From assembly GCA_052279835.1 (NCBI GenBank), contig CP181291.1, positions 6,080,001 through 6,144,000 of the forward strand: a stretch of 64,000 nucleotides of DNA. Direction: 5' to 3'. The position numbers were made by a program, and so were the translations under genes. The notes under the pieces were generated by a model. The model searched no databases, had not been told where the DNA came from, and was given only the letters and a program-made list of their open reading frames with translations. Each line of letters opens with the position of its first letter. Position 1 is the first letter of the stretch. The stretch comes from Microcoleus sp. Lineage in GTDB: Bacteria; Cyanobacteriota; Cyanobacteriia; Cyanobacteriales; Microcoleaceae. Shown piece by piece: positions 18,512-28,171 of this stretch.

Positions 18512-21316
18512 TTAATTGCTGTTCTCACCAATCAGCAAAGCACAAGGAAAGTAATTTATAGCTTCAGCAATTGCTAATTGACCGTTACTTTCTACCATCT
18601 GATTTGTAATCGCATCTTTCCAAACAGACGGCATTTCCTCGGACAATTCTAGCTTCGTATCTTTCCAGATTTTTTCGCCTAGTGGCATTTCTTCTGGCTT
18701 GACTATCCCCGTCAAAAACCGAGGAGCGATCGCAATAGCTGTCGTATTTTCGTAGCTGCGGGCAAAGGCGATGAGATTATCTTTAAATCTCCCAACTACT
18801 TCCAGTGGCTGATAATTACCTGCTTGAAAAACTTTCAAGTATTGTTTTCTGGCTTCGAGAACTCTGGTGGTCAAAAACAACTTAATTCTCGCATCTTCTT
18901 TGGTTGATATCAACTCTTCAATCAGTTGCAAAATGTCACTTTGAGCTTGTTGTTTAATTTCCTGCAAGACCTGAATTCGGCGCTCAAAATCTACTGGACG
19001 GCGGTTATCTGGATCGACATGGCTTAAATCCCAAAATTCCGTACCTTGATAAATATCCGGGACACCAGGAGCGGTGATTTTTAGCAATGTTTGAGATAAG
19101 GAATTTAAAATTCCATAATCAGCTACTTTTTTCCAGAAAGGTGCGAATTTTTTGAGGAACTGATTTTGTTCACCAGGTTCTAGAACATGATCGACAAAAG
19201 TCATAAAGCCAGTCTCGTATTCGTTATCCGGTCTCAGCCAAGCAGTGTGAACTTTGGCTTCGCGGACGGCTTTAATCACATAATCTTTCATGCGGTCAAT
19301 AAAGTCCGTATTTTCGATTTCTTCAAACGGGAAACTACCGATTAAGGTTTGGTAAAAGAAGTATTCATCATTAGTATCGGGAACCATACGATTCACCAAG
19401 TTGACTTTTTTGGAAGAGTTTAACTCTCTCCAAGATTTGACTTGCTGTTCCCAATCATCGGGGATTTCTGACAGTACGTTAATTCGGGCGCGCACGTCTT
19501 CGCCACGCTTGGTATCGTGGGTAGCTGTGGCATTCATTTTGTGCGGCCACACTGCTTGCTGATGTTGGTTGAATTGGTGAAATTCAGTGAGGGAGACACC
19601 GAATTGACTGGGGTTTCCTCCCACTTCGTTGAGTGATAACAGTCTGTAATAGACGTATAAAAGTGTATCTTCAATGCCTTTTGCCATCAAAGGGCCTGTC
19701 AACTGCTGGAGTTTCATCACAAAGTGGCGTCGCTGCTCTTTTTGTTCTGTTGTTAAGGTTTCTTCTGCTTCCAACAACAGGATTGTTTCGATAAAATTCA
19801 GTTCTTTTAGCAGCAGTGGGATTTGTTGTTTGGCTTTGGCGATCGCATCTTTTACATAAGTGCGATCGGACTCTCTCAAGCCTTCTTGATTAATGTAAGT
19901 TCGGTAAACTGGAAAAATTGCCAAAATGGCTGACAAGGCTTTTTCCAAGCCGGGGCGAGTAAAGTCATTTCCCTGTCGAGATTGACCGGATATATTTTTC
20001 AAAAGTTGAGCGAGATTGTCTACGTCTCCCGCCAAGTTTTTCTCGATAATTAGCCTTTTTTTATCTATAAACAACTGTTCGTAGGGGACGCTGAGCCTAG
20101 TGAATCTGTAATATATATCGCTAAATTGCTGTTCGCGATCGGACCGACAAAAAACGCCGTTTACGTAATTCAAAAAGTCGTAACCACTGGTTCCTTCAAT
20201 CGGCCAGTATGAGGGCAAATCTTCTTTGTGTTCGAGAATTTTCTCCACAGTGATGTAAATATCACCGATTCTGTGCCTCAGCCGTTTTAAATATTCTGTA
20301 GGATCGTAAAGTCCGTCGATATGGTCAATTCTCAATCCAGTAAATTTTCCTTGTTCAATCAAGTCGAAGATCAGAGCATGATTTTTATGAAAAACTTTTA
20401 TATCTTCGACTTTTACCGAAATTAGTTCGTTGACAGTAAAAAATCTGCGGTAGTTAATTTCTTCTGCACCCACTTTCCAAAAAGCCAGACGGTAAAACTG
20501 CTCGGACAGCAAATCATCCAGTAGGTTAAAGCTTTCGGGATTCCCCTTTTCTCCATTAAAAAAATTGATATTTTCATCGATAAATTCTTGAACAATCGGA
20601 TTTTGATTGTAGAGTTCCCACAGCAGCCCTTTGACAAAAGCTATCTGATCGTATCTTTCTTTCCCTTTGGTTTCTGAAGGAATATTCTTAATCAGATAAA
20701 GAATTCCCAAAAACTTGATAAAATCAGGATGACGTCTGCCTAATTCCCTGCCTAAATGTCCCAAGTTATGACTGATGAAATTCGCGTAGGATTGTATTTT
20801 TACTGGCAATTTTAAGCTATAGTAATTGATGCTTAACCCCAGGTCGTTGTATTTTAGTTGAATTTCGCCATTTTCGAGACACTCTCCATAAAAATTACCC
20901 AGCAGCGGAGCCAGCACTCGACCTCTAAGATGTTCGTAACCGTGATCCCATTCAATATCGAAGTAATCGAAATAGTCGGAATCTGGTCCGTGTTCCAATA
21001 CATCTAACAACAGCAAGTTTTGAGTGTCGTAAGCCATGTGATTTGGGACAATATCTTGCAACCATCCCATTTTTTGGTTGTGGATTTCGTCGGTGAGTGC
21101 TTCAAAGTCTTCTGAGGTTCCTAATTCGGGATTGAGCTGATTTGAGTCAACTACATCGTAGCCGTGGCTGCTGCCTTTTCTGGCTTTAAATATGGGTGAA
21201 GCGTACAAATCGGTAATGCCTAATTCTTCTAGATAGCTAACGATTTGTCTGGCGGCTTCAAAGTTAAAGCCTGCATGAAATTGAATCCGATAAGTTGCTG
21301 TGGGAATTCGCATCAT
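18512..21316 (-). CDS. treY: Malto-oligosyltrehalose synthase
   Basis: PTATYRIQF, GSSHGYDVVD, DIVPNHM, GLRIDHIDGL, ATHDTKRGED and PGVPDIYQG motifs. Confidence 0.96.
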   Translation of the reverse strand: MMRIPTATYRIQFHAGFNFEAARQIVSYLEELGITDLYASPIFKARKGSSHGYDVVDSNQLNPELGTSEDFEALTDEIHNQKMGWLQDIVPNHMAYDTQNLLLLDVLEHGPDSDYFDYFDIEWDHGYEHLRGRVLAPLLGNFYGECLENGEIQLKYNDLGLSINYYSLKLPVKIQSYANFISHNLGHLGRELGRRHPDFIKFLGILYLIKNIPSETKGKERYDQIAFVKGLLWELYNQNPIVQEFIDENINFFNGEKGNPESFNLLDDLLSEQFYRLAFWKVGAEEINYRRFFTVNELISVKVEDIKVFHKNHALIFDLIEQGKFTGLRIDHIDGLYDPTEYLKRLRHRIGDIYITVEKILEHKEDLPSYWPIEGTSGYDFLNYVNGVFCRSDREQQFSDIYYRFTRLSVPYEQLFIDKKRLIIEKNLAGDVDNLAQLLKNISGQSRQGNDFTRPGLEKALSAILAIFPVYRTYINQEGLRESDRTYVKDAIAKAKQQIPLLLKELNFIETILLLEAEETLTTEQKEQRRHFVMKLQQLTGPLMAKGIEDTLLYVYYRLLSLNEVGGNPSQFGVSLTEFHQFNQHQQAVWPHKMNATATHDTKRGEDVRARINVLSEIPDDWEQQVKSWRELNSSKKVNLVNRMVPDTNDEYFFYQTLIGSFPFEEIENTDFIDRMKDYVIKAVREAKVHTAWLRPDNEYETGFMTFVDHVLEPGEQNQFLKKFAPFWKKVADYGILNSLSQTLLKITAPGVPDIYQGTEFWDLSHVDPDNRRPVDFERRIQVLQEIKQQAQSDILQLIEELISTKEDARIKLFLTTRVLEARKQYLKVFQAGNYQPLEVVGRFKDNLIAFARSYENTTAIAIAPRFLTGIVKPEEMPLGEKIWKDTKLELSEEMPSVWKDAITNQMVESNGQLAIAEAINYFPCALLIGENSN

Positions 21317-21356
21317 GTTAATTTTACTCCTAATTTTTTATGGTTTTTTATTTTAA

Positions 21357-21549
21357 AGAGGAGGCTGAGCCTCTGGGACTGCATTCCCAGGCTGAGCCTG
21401 GGAACGAGAAAAACGAGAGAAACAAGAGATAAAGAGGAGGCTGAGCCTCCGGGACTGTATTCCCAGGCTGAGCCTGGGAACGAGAAAAACGAGAGATAAA
21501 TGGTTTCTAGGAAGAGCCTGGGAACAGATATCTAGAGGCTCTGCCTCCT
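21357..21549. repeat. Two direct copies of about 64 bp plus one degenerate inverted copy of the GAGGCTGAGCCTC…TTCCCAGGCTGAGCCTGGGAACGAG repeat
   Basis: Copies at 21357-21420 and 21433-21496, and a degenerate one at 21502-21549. The same family occurs inside the TPR gene at 38742-39227. Confidence 0.88.
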
Positions 21550-21552
21550 GTT

Positions 21553-23400
21553 TTAATCTAATTCATAGAGTGCAAAATTATGGGGTGTGACAATCAATTC
21601 TTGGTCGCAAGTTATTTTTTCTGGCAAGGTGGAACCTGGACCCATCCACTTTGCCTCAGCAGAGTCTAAAATCTTTTTCCAATTGCCTTGGGGAAGTGCT
21701 GGCGTAAAAGCAACCTGTTGTTCGTTGAAGTTTAGAATGCAGAATATCTGACTGTCATCTGTCCACCGACGTAGAAATAAGATTTTTTCCGCTTCGATGC
21801 TAGAAACTTCTAGGTTGGTTTTATCCAGTTTTTTAAGGGCGGGTATGGTGCGCCGCAGTTGAATTAAATGTTGGTGCCATTCCCAGAGAATTTTATGTTT
21901 GCCTTTTGTTTGTAGTTCCCAATTTAACTTGCACTTTTGAAAACTGTCTGGACTCTGGGGGTCTTGAAAATCGCCTCGTCCTTCAAAGATTTTAAATTCT
22001 TGTTGTTTGTCTTTGCGAATCGCTTCAATTAAGTTTTCGTCGGAGTGTGAAACGAAGTACAAAAATGGTGCTTCTTCTCCGTATTCTTCTCCCATAAATA
22101 GGAAAGGAATGTAGGGAGAAGTTAAGACAGTGCCGGCGGCGAGTTTGAGGGATTCAAAATCAACTATTTTTGAAAGTCTATCTCCCAAAATACGGTTGCC
22201 GATTTGGTCGTGGGTTTGGGAAAATACGACGAATTGATGGGCTGGTACATCCTTGGCAGAACTGCCGTGTTTTCGCTTTCTGTGGGGGGCGTATTGACCG
22301 GAGTAAACAAAGCTTTCTCGGTAGGATTTTTCTAATTGTTCGCACTTGCCGAAGTCTTGGTAGTATCGGTCGTTTTCTCCTGTGAGAAGTGCGTGCAGTG
22401 CGTGATGGAAATCGTCGCACCACTGGGCATCTAGTCCGAATCCTCCTAGTTCTTTAGGACGCAGAACGCGGGCATCATTTAAGTCGCTTTCTGCTATTAA
22501 ATAAAGTTGCCGTCCTAACTGTTGAGAAAGGTCGTAGGTGGCATCGGCTATTTCTTGCAAAAACGGTCTGGCAGTTACTTCAAATATTGCTTGAATTGCG
22601 TCGAGTCTCAGGCCATCGATGTGATAGTCTCGAAACCAGTATAGGGCGTTTTCCAGAAAGTAGTGGCGGACTCCATCGCTGTAGGCGTCGTCGAAGTTGA
22701 GGGGGTCTCCCCAAATTGAGCCGTATTTGGATGTGAAGTATGGGCCGAAGTCACGGAGATAGTTTCCTTCTGGGCCGAGGTGGTTGAAAACTACATCAAG
22801 AATTACTGAAATACCTTGTTGGTGGCAGGCGTCGATCAGTTTTTTGAAGCCTTCGGGACCACCGTAGGAGTTTTGGACTGCGTAGGGATATACGCCATCG
22901 TAGCCCCAATTGCGATCGCCTGGAAATTGGGCGACTGGCATAATTTCTATGGCGTTGATTCCCAGTTCTTTGAGTTGCTTTAGTTGGGGAATTATTGCTT
23001 CAAAGGTTCCGGCTTTGGTGAATGTGCCGACGTGGAGTTCATAGATGATGGTTTCTGCTAGTGGTACGCCTTGCCAATCTGTATCTGTCCAGGTAAATGC
23101 GCTTTCATCTATGACTTGGGAAGGGGAGTGTACGCCTTGGGGTTGACATTTGGATGCGGGGTCTGGTCTGTGGATGTTGCCTTCTAGTTGGTAGGTGTAA
23201 AGGGTTCCTGGTGGGATATCTGTAGCGGTGGTTTGCCAATACCCGGCGGCGGATTGTTGCATGGGGAGCAGGCGTTTGTCTGGGGAAACAAGTTGAACTG
23301 CTACTTGTTTAAGGGTGGGGGCCCAAACCGTAAATTCGCATTGATTGTTGCCAAGGTAGTTTGCTCCTATCTTCATTTTAAGTTCTGTTCCCGATCGCAT
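21553..23400 (-). CDS. treZ: Malto-oligosyltrehalose trehalohydrolase (GH13)
   Basis: FTVWAP, YELHVGTF, NWGYDGV, DVVFNHLGPEG, GLRLDAI and HDQIGNR motifs; adjacent to treY. An alternative ATG lies at 23376. Confidence 0.95.
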   Translation of the reverse strand: MRSGTELKMKIGANYLGNNQCEFTVWAPTLKQVAVQLVSPDKRLLPMQQSAAGYWQTTATDIPPGTLYTYQLEGNIHRPDPASKCQPQGVHSPSQVIDESAFTWTDTDWQGVPLAETIIYELHVGTFTKAGTFEAIIPQLKQLKELGINAIEIMPVAQFPGDRNWGYDGVYPYAVQNSYGGPEGFKKLIDACHQQGISVILDVVFNHLGPEGNYLRDFGPYFTSKYGSIWGDPLNFDDAYSDGVRHYFLENALYWFRDYHIDGLRLDAIQAIFEVTARPFLQEIADATYDLSQQLGRQLYLIAESDLNDARVLRPKELGGFGLDAQWCDDFHHALHALLTGENDRYYQDFGKCEQLEKSYRESFVYSGQYAPHRKRKHGSSAKDVPAHQFVVFSQTHDQIGNRILGDRLSKIVDFESLKLAAGTVLTSPYIPFLFMGEEYGEEAPFLYFVSHSDENLIEAIRKDKQQEFKIFEGRGDFQDPQSPDSFQKCKLNWELQTKGKHKILWEWHQHLIQLRRTIPALKKLDKTNLEVSSIEAEKILFLRRWTDDSQIFCILNFNEQQVAFTPALPQGNWKKILDSAEAKWMGPGSTLPEKITCDQELIVTPHNFALYELD

Positions 23401-23696
23401 AGGTTGGCGGTATGACTAAAAATGCTATTTTGGCAATAGGTCTGTTGAGCCCCGATCGCCAACCAGCCTGTTTTAAAAGTAATATAACTTAAAAGAGTAA
23501 CAGACAACTAACTTTAGACAGAGCCAGGTTTACAATTTTGCCCTCGGCTAAATTAGTAGTGGATTCCATTTACATTAAAGCATGAATCTGGTTTGCCCGA
23601 TCGCCAAATTAGTCCTCTTTAAGGGTGACTATTTTTGGGGAAAATAATGTTTAAAATAGACCTCAAGGTAGATGACAAGTCAGCGAGTGTGTTCCT

Positions 23697-25775
23697 ATGG
23701 TTATTGCTTTTGGACGGGAAATCTGCTGCAATCTGGACTCGGCGGAGTCTCGCGAATGGTTGGTCACAAACGGGATCGGCGGTTATGCTAGTGGGACGAT
23801 CGCCAATCTCCTCACCCGCCGCTATCACGGTCTGCTGGTGGCTGCGCTCCAACCCCCGCTGGGACGCACTTTGATGCTGGCCAAACTGGACGAGACGGCG
23901 GTGTATCATGATCGCGCCTATCCTCTTTATACAAATCGCTGGACCGACGGGACGATCGAACCCCACGGCTACAACTACATCGAAAGCTTTCACCTGGAAG
24001 GTACGACGCCTGTTTGGAGATTTGCTCTGGCGGACGCTATCCTAGAAAAGCGGATTTGGATGCAACAAAGTGCTAACACAACGTATATTCAATATCGTTT
24101 GCACCGCGCCTCAAAACCGATCGCCCTGGCTGTCAAGGCCCTGATCGACTATCGCGACTATCACCACACCACGAGCGCCGACGATTGGCAAATCGGTCTA
24201 GAAACAGTGGAAAAAGGGATTTGCGCCACTGCTTTTCCGAAAGCTGCACCCCTCTACCTGCTAAGTGATGCCACACCAGAGGCGAAACTCCGAGTTTCTA
24301 CGCCCTTATACAATTGGCACTACGGATTTGACCTCGCAGCCGAAAGGCGGCGGGGATTGGAGTGTTGTGAGGATCATCTGCACGCAGCCACTTTCCATTT
24401 CACCATCGCACCGGGACAGTCTCTGACTTTAATCGCCAGCACGGACAAAAAACCGCAATTAAACGGGGATACCGCTTTAGAACTCCGTCGCACCTATGAC
24501 CAAGAATTGCTGCAACCATGGTCAAAAGTGAGAGAAGCTCCCCCTTGGATAAATCACTTAGTGCTAGCAGCCGACCAATTTATTGTCAATCGCCCGGTGC
24601 CAGAGGAACGGGACGGGAAAACGATCATCGCCGGCTATCCCTGGTTCAGCGACTGGGGGCGGGATACGATGATTGCTCTACCGGGTCTCACAATGTGTAC
24701 GGGGCGATCGTCCATTGCTCGATCGATCCTGCGAACTTTTGCGCGGTATGTCGATCGCGGGATGTTGCCAAACCGCTTTCCCGATGCCGGTGGTGCCCCG
24801 GAATACAACACCGTAGACGCGACGCTGTGGTACTTTGAAGCAATTCGCGCTTATATCGATGGCACCGGAGACGACGAACTTTTGACCGAACTCTGGCCGA
24901 CGTTATGTGAGATTGTGGATTGGCACATCAAGGGTACTAGGTATAACATCCACCTCGATGCCGAGGACGGTTTGATCTACGCCGGGGAAACGGGGGTGCA
25001 ACTGACTTGGATGGACGTAAAAATCGGCGATTGGGTGGTGACACCGCGCATTGGTAAGCCGATCGAAATCAGCGCTCTTTGGTACAATGCCATACAAGCA
25101 ATGGTCAGTTTTGCTCAAAAATTGGGAAAACCTGACTATGAATACCAGAAATTAGCCCGTCGTACAGCAGCCGGATTCACTCGTTTCTGGAACGACAGGA
25201 AAGGTTACTGTTACGATGTTCTCGACGGTCCAGACGGACATGATGAGGAACTGCGGCCCAACCAGATATTCGCCGTGTCCCTACCCCTAGACTCAAGTTG
25301 TCTGCCATCGCCCAACTCCTTGTCACCAAAAGAGATGGGGGCTAAGCATGGGCCGCGGTATACACCTTTACTCACGCCCGATCGATGTCGGGGCGTGGTA
25401 GATGCCTGCGCTCAACAACTTCTGACTTCCGTTGGCCTTCGCAGCCTCTCGCCGGAAGACGCGCAATATCGGGGCGACTACGGAGGCGATCCATTGCAGC
25501 GCGACAGCGCCTATCACCAAGGCACGGTTTGGGGATGGCTGATTGGGCCCTTTGTGTTGGCTCACTTGCAGGTATACAAAGACCCAGCACAAGCTCGCGA
25601 ATTCCTAGCACCAATGGCACATCATATATTAGCTGGCGGAGTTGGCAGTTTGGGCGAAATTTTTGAGGGGGACGCGCCCCACGCGCCGCGGGGTTGCACC
25701 GCACAAGCTTGGACAGTCGCTGAGGTGCTGCGGGCTTGGTTAGCAATTCAGAAGACGGGTAGTTATGGCAGTTGA
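23697..25775 (+). CDS. Amylo-alpha-1,6-glucosidase (glycogen debranching enzyme family)
   Basis: REWLVTNGIGGYASGT, AGYPWFSDWGRDTMIALPG, QLTWMD, YHQGTVWGWL and QAWTVAEVLR motifs. Confidence 0.93.
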   Translation: MVIAFGREICCNLDSAESREWLVTNGIGGYASGTIANLLTRRYHGLLVAALQPPLGRTLMLAKLDETAVYHDRAYPLYTNRWTDGTIEPHGYNYIESFHLEGTTPVWRFALADAILEKRIWMQQSANTTYIQYRLHRASKPIALAVKALIDYRDYHHTTSADDWQIGLETVEKGICATAFPKAAPLYLLSDATPEAKLRVSTPLYNWHYGFDLAAERRRGLECCEDHLHAATFHFTIAPGQSLTLIASTDKKPQLNGDTALELRRTYDQELLQPWSKVREAPPWINHLVLAADQFIVNRPVPEERDGKTIIAGYPWFSDWGRDTMIALPGLTMCTGRSSIARSILRTFARYVDRGMLPNRFPDAGGAPEYNTVDATLWYFEAIRAYIDGTGDDELLTELWPTLCEIVDWHIKGTRYNIHLDAEDGLIYAGETGVQLTWMDVKIGDWVVTPRIGKPIEISALWYNAIQAMVSFAQKLGKPDYEYQKLARRTAAGFTRFWNDRKGYCYDVLDGPDGHDEELRPNQIFAVSLPLDSSCLPSPNSLSPKEMGAKHGPRYTPLLTPDRCRGVVDACAQQLLTSVGLRSLSPEDAQYRGDYGGDPLQRDSAYHQGTVWGWLIGPFVLAHLQVYKDPAQAREFLAPMAHHILAGGVGSLGEIFEGDAPHAPRGCTAQAWTVAEVLRAWLAIQKTGSYGS

Positions 25776-25827
25776 CAGTTGACAGTTAACATTTAACAGT
25801 TGACAGTTAACTGTTAAATGTTAACTT
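25771..25827. repeat. Heptamer (GTTGACA/GTTAACA) repeat with an inverted arm
   Basis: GTTGACAGTTGACAGTTAACATTTAACAGTTGACAGTTAACTGTTAAATGTTAAC. Confidence 0.7.
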
Positions 25828-25846
25828 TTGGTTGAATCGGAGGTTT

Positions 25847-26888
25847 ATGGCATTATTATTGGCTGGTGACATTGGCGGAACTAAGACGATTTTACGCTTA
25901 GTGGAAAAGACTGTTGAGGGTGAAATGAAACCTCTTTATGAGTTGCGCTATCCCAGTGGAGAGTTTCCAGATTTAGTGCCGATGGTGCAGCATTTTTTGG
26001 CGGAAGCTGCTGTGAAGCTGGACTTGGCACCAGTACCGGAAACAGCTTGTTTTGCGATCGCAGGCCCTGTCCTTAACAATACTGCAAAACTGACGAATTT
26101 GCCTTGGCAGCTTGAGGTAAAGCGTCTAGAACAAGAATTAGGAATATCTCACGTTAGTTTAATTAATGATTTTGTCGCCATTGGCTACGGCGTGTCTGGT
26201 TTGGATGGGACAGATTTGCACACTTTGCAAGTCGGAAAACTCCGAGAAACGCGATCCAATTGCCGTGATTGGTGCGGGTACTGGTTTGGGCAAATGTTTT
26301 GCTATTCCCGACACCAATGGGATCAGAGTTTTTTCTTCCGAAGGGGGACACGGTGACTTTGCACCTCGCTCCGAGTTGGAGTTTCAGTTGCTCAAATATT
26401 TGTTAGCAAAACACGACATTCCCAGAATATCCATCGAGCGAGTAGTTTCGGGCCAGGGAATTGTGGCAATTTATCAGTTTTTGCGGGACATAAAATTTGC
26501 GTCGGAATCTGCGGAGGTAGGGAAAATTATTAAACAATGGGAGTCAGAAATTGGGAAAACTGAAAAAACGGTCGATCCCGGAGCGACAATTGCCAAGGCG
26601 GCACTGGAAAAGTGCGATCGACTTTCGGAACAAACCATGCAAATGTTTGTAGAAGCTTACGGCGCTGTGGCCGGAAATATGGGTGTCACCCTTTTACCCT
26701 ACGGTGGTTTGTACATCGCTGGTGGCATTGCTGCTAAAATTTTGCCACTGATGGAAGAAGGCAGTTTTATGCGGGCGTTTACCCACAAAGGGCGCATGGA
26801 TTCGCTATTGGAAATGATACCAGTTCACATTGTTTTGAATAGCAATGTAGGGTTGATTGGAGCGGCAGTTTGTGCAGCGGGTCTTTAG
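25847..26888 (+). pseudogene. glk: Glucokinase with a +1 frameshift near 26236-26239 (real lesion or sequencing error)
   Basis: LAGDIGGTK, IAGPV and LINDF are in the first frame; IGAGTGLG, SEGGH, ERVVSG and GGLYIAGGI are in the second. Deleting one A of AAAA gives …LQVGNSEKRDPIAVIGAGTG. Confidence 0.9.
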
Positions 26889-27001
26889 GGTATCTTAAGT
26901 TTCAACGAGTCTGCTCTTTTGTCCCCCTTCTTCCCCCCTTGCGGGGGGCAGGGGGGGGTTCCCCATTACACGCTCACCTCACCTAACTGAGAAAGGCTAT
27001 A

Positions 27002-27586
27002 TTATGCAACAACATCAAATTTTATGCGATCGTAAATATCCCTTAAACTAATTTGAAACTTAACCGACTCTAAAATCAACATATCATCCTCAGACTCATA
27101 CTCAGTTAAAAGCCATTTACCATCCCTTGTTTTAGCAAACTGTTCTAGGTGATAACTGTATTGGTCAATTAGAATATATTCCCGAAGTTCAGGAAGCGAT
27201 CGATAACACATAAACTTCTCCCCTCTATCGTAATTCTTCGTTGACTTAGACAACACCTCAACAATCAGCAAAGGATTTGTCACAGCAGTGGTATTAGTTC
27301 CCACATACACGGGTTCACCTTGCATCACCATTACATCTGGATAAGTGTAGAAACTGTAACGCGGTATCCGCAACCGCATATCATTAATAAATACCTCGTA
27401 ACTCTGTCCGCCGACACTCAAGGGAAATCTTTTATAGAAATTCCCTGCAAGTTTATTGTGATTAGCAGTTCCACCAGGCCTCGGTACTATGTCCCCATTT
27501 CGATATTCACTTTTGGATTCCGCAGTTTCTTCTAAAGCCAGATATTCCTCGGTCGTATAGTAGCGTTGCTTTGTTTCTGTCAGCAT
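27002..27586 (-). CDS. Uma2 family PD-(D/E)XK endonuclease-like protein
   Basis: EEYLALEE…KSEY, YPDVMV, IVEVLSKST..YDRGEKF and EYILIDQ motifs. Confidence 0.92.
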   Translation of the reverse strand: MLTETKQRYYTTEEYLALEETAESKSEYRNGDIVPRPGGTANHNKLAGNFYKRFPLSVGGQSYEVFINDMRLRIPRYSFYTYPDVMVMQGEPVYVGTNTTAVTNPLLIVEVLSKSTKNYDRGEKFMCYRSLPELREYILIDQYSYHLEQFAKTRDGKWLLTEYESEDDMLILESVKFQISLRDIYDRIKFDVVA

Positions 27587-27693
27587 ACTATCTTTCTCCT
27601 ATACAAAATCAGATGACTAATTAGATGATAGCTTGGATTAACTAGACCAAGCAAAATAGAATATCCTTTCTAGTTCTCATATATCATATAAAA

Positions 27694-28143
27694 TTACTGC
27701 ATCTTCAAAATCTTCTTAGCCGCAGCTTCAGAAACCGGCATCACCGATAACCGATTGCCTTTCCTCACCACCAAAAGCTCATCATGACTAAAATTTTCCT
27801 TCAGTTCATCCAAAGATATTAAATTGGCAAATTCCTCCACAAACTCCACTCTCACAGTTTGCCAGCGAGGCGCAGCGAAGGTAGATTTTGCATCATAATA
27901 TTCACTATTTGTATCGAACTGAGTTGGATCGGGGATATTAGTTTCAACGATACGCATCAAGCCGACTATCCCCGGTATCTTAGTATTAGAATGGTAAAAA
28001 AAGACTAAATCACCCTGACTCATTTCTCGCATAAAATTCCGAGCTTGATAATTACGAACGCCATCCCAGATCGAAATCCCATCGGATTTCAAATCCGCAA
28101 TACTATAAACATCCGGTTCCGACTTCATCAACCAATAATTCAT
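27694..28143 (-). CDS. EVE domain protein
   Basis: YWLMKSEP, WDGVRNYQARN, GDLVFFYHS and RLSVMPV motifs. Confidence 0.93.
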   Translation of the reverse strand: MNYWLMKSEPDVYSIADLKSDGISIWDGVRNYQARNFMREMSQGDLVFFYHSNTKIPGIVGLMRIVETNIPDPTQFDTNSEYYDAKSTFAAPRWQTVRVEFVEEFANLISLDELKENFSHDELLVVRKGNRLSVMPVSEAAAKKILKMQ

Positions 28144-28171
28144 ACAATCTATTCGCTATCCTCAGAATATT

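Noticed and set aside
21357..21549. Palindromic repeats as a mini-CRISPR
   Set aside because: The intervening sequences are themselves repeated, and the family is dispersed elsewhere, including inside a CDS.
27002..28143. Uma2 plus EVE as a modification-dependent restriction pair
   Set aside because: Uma2 genes are highly multicopy in cyanobacteria and this EVE is the standalone type, so adjacency alone is insufficient.
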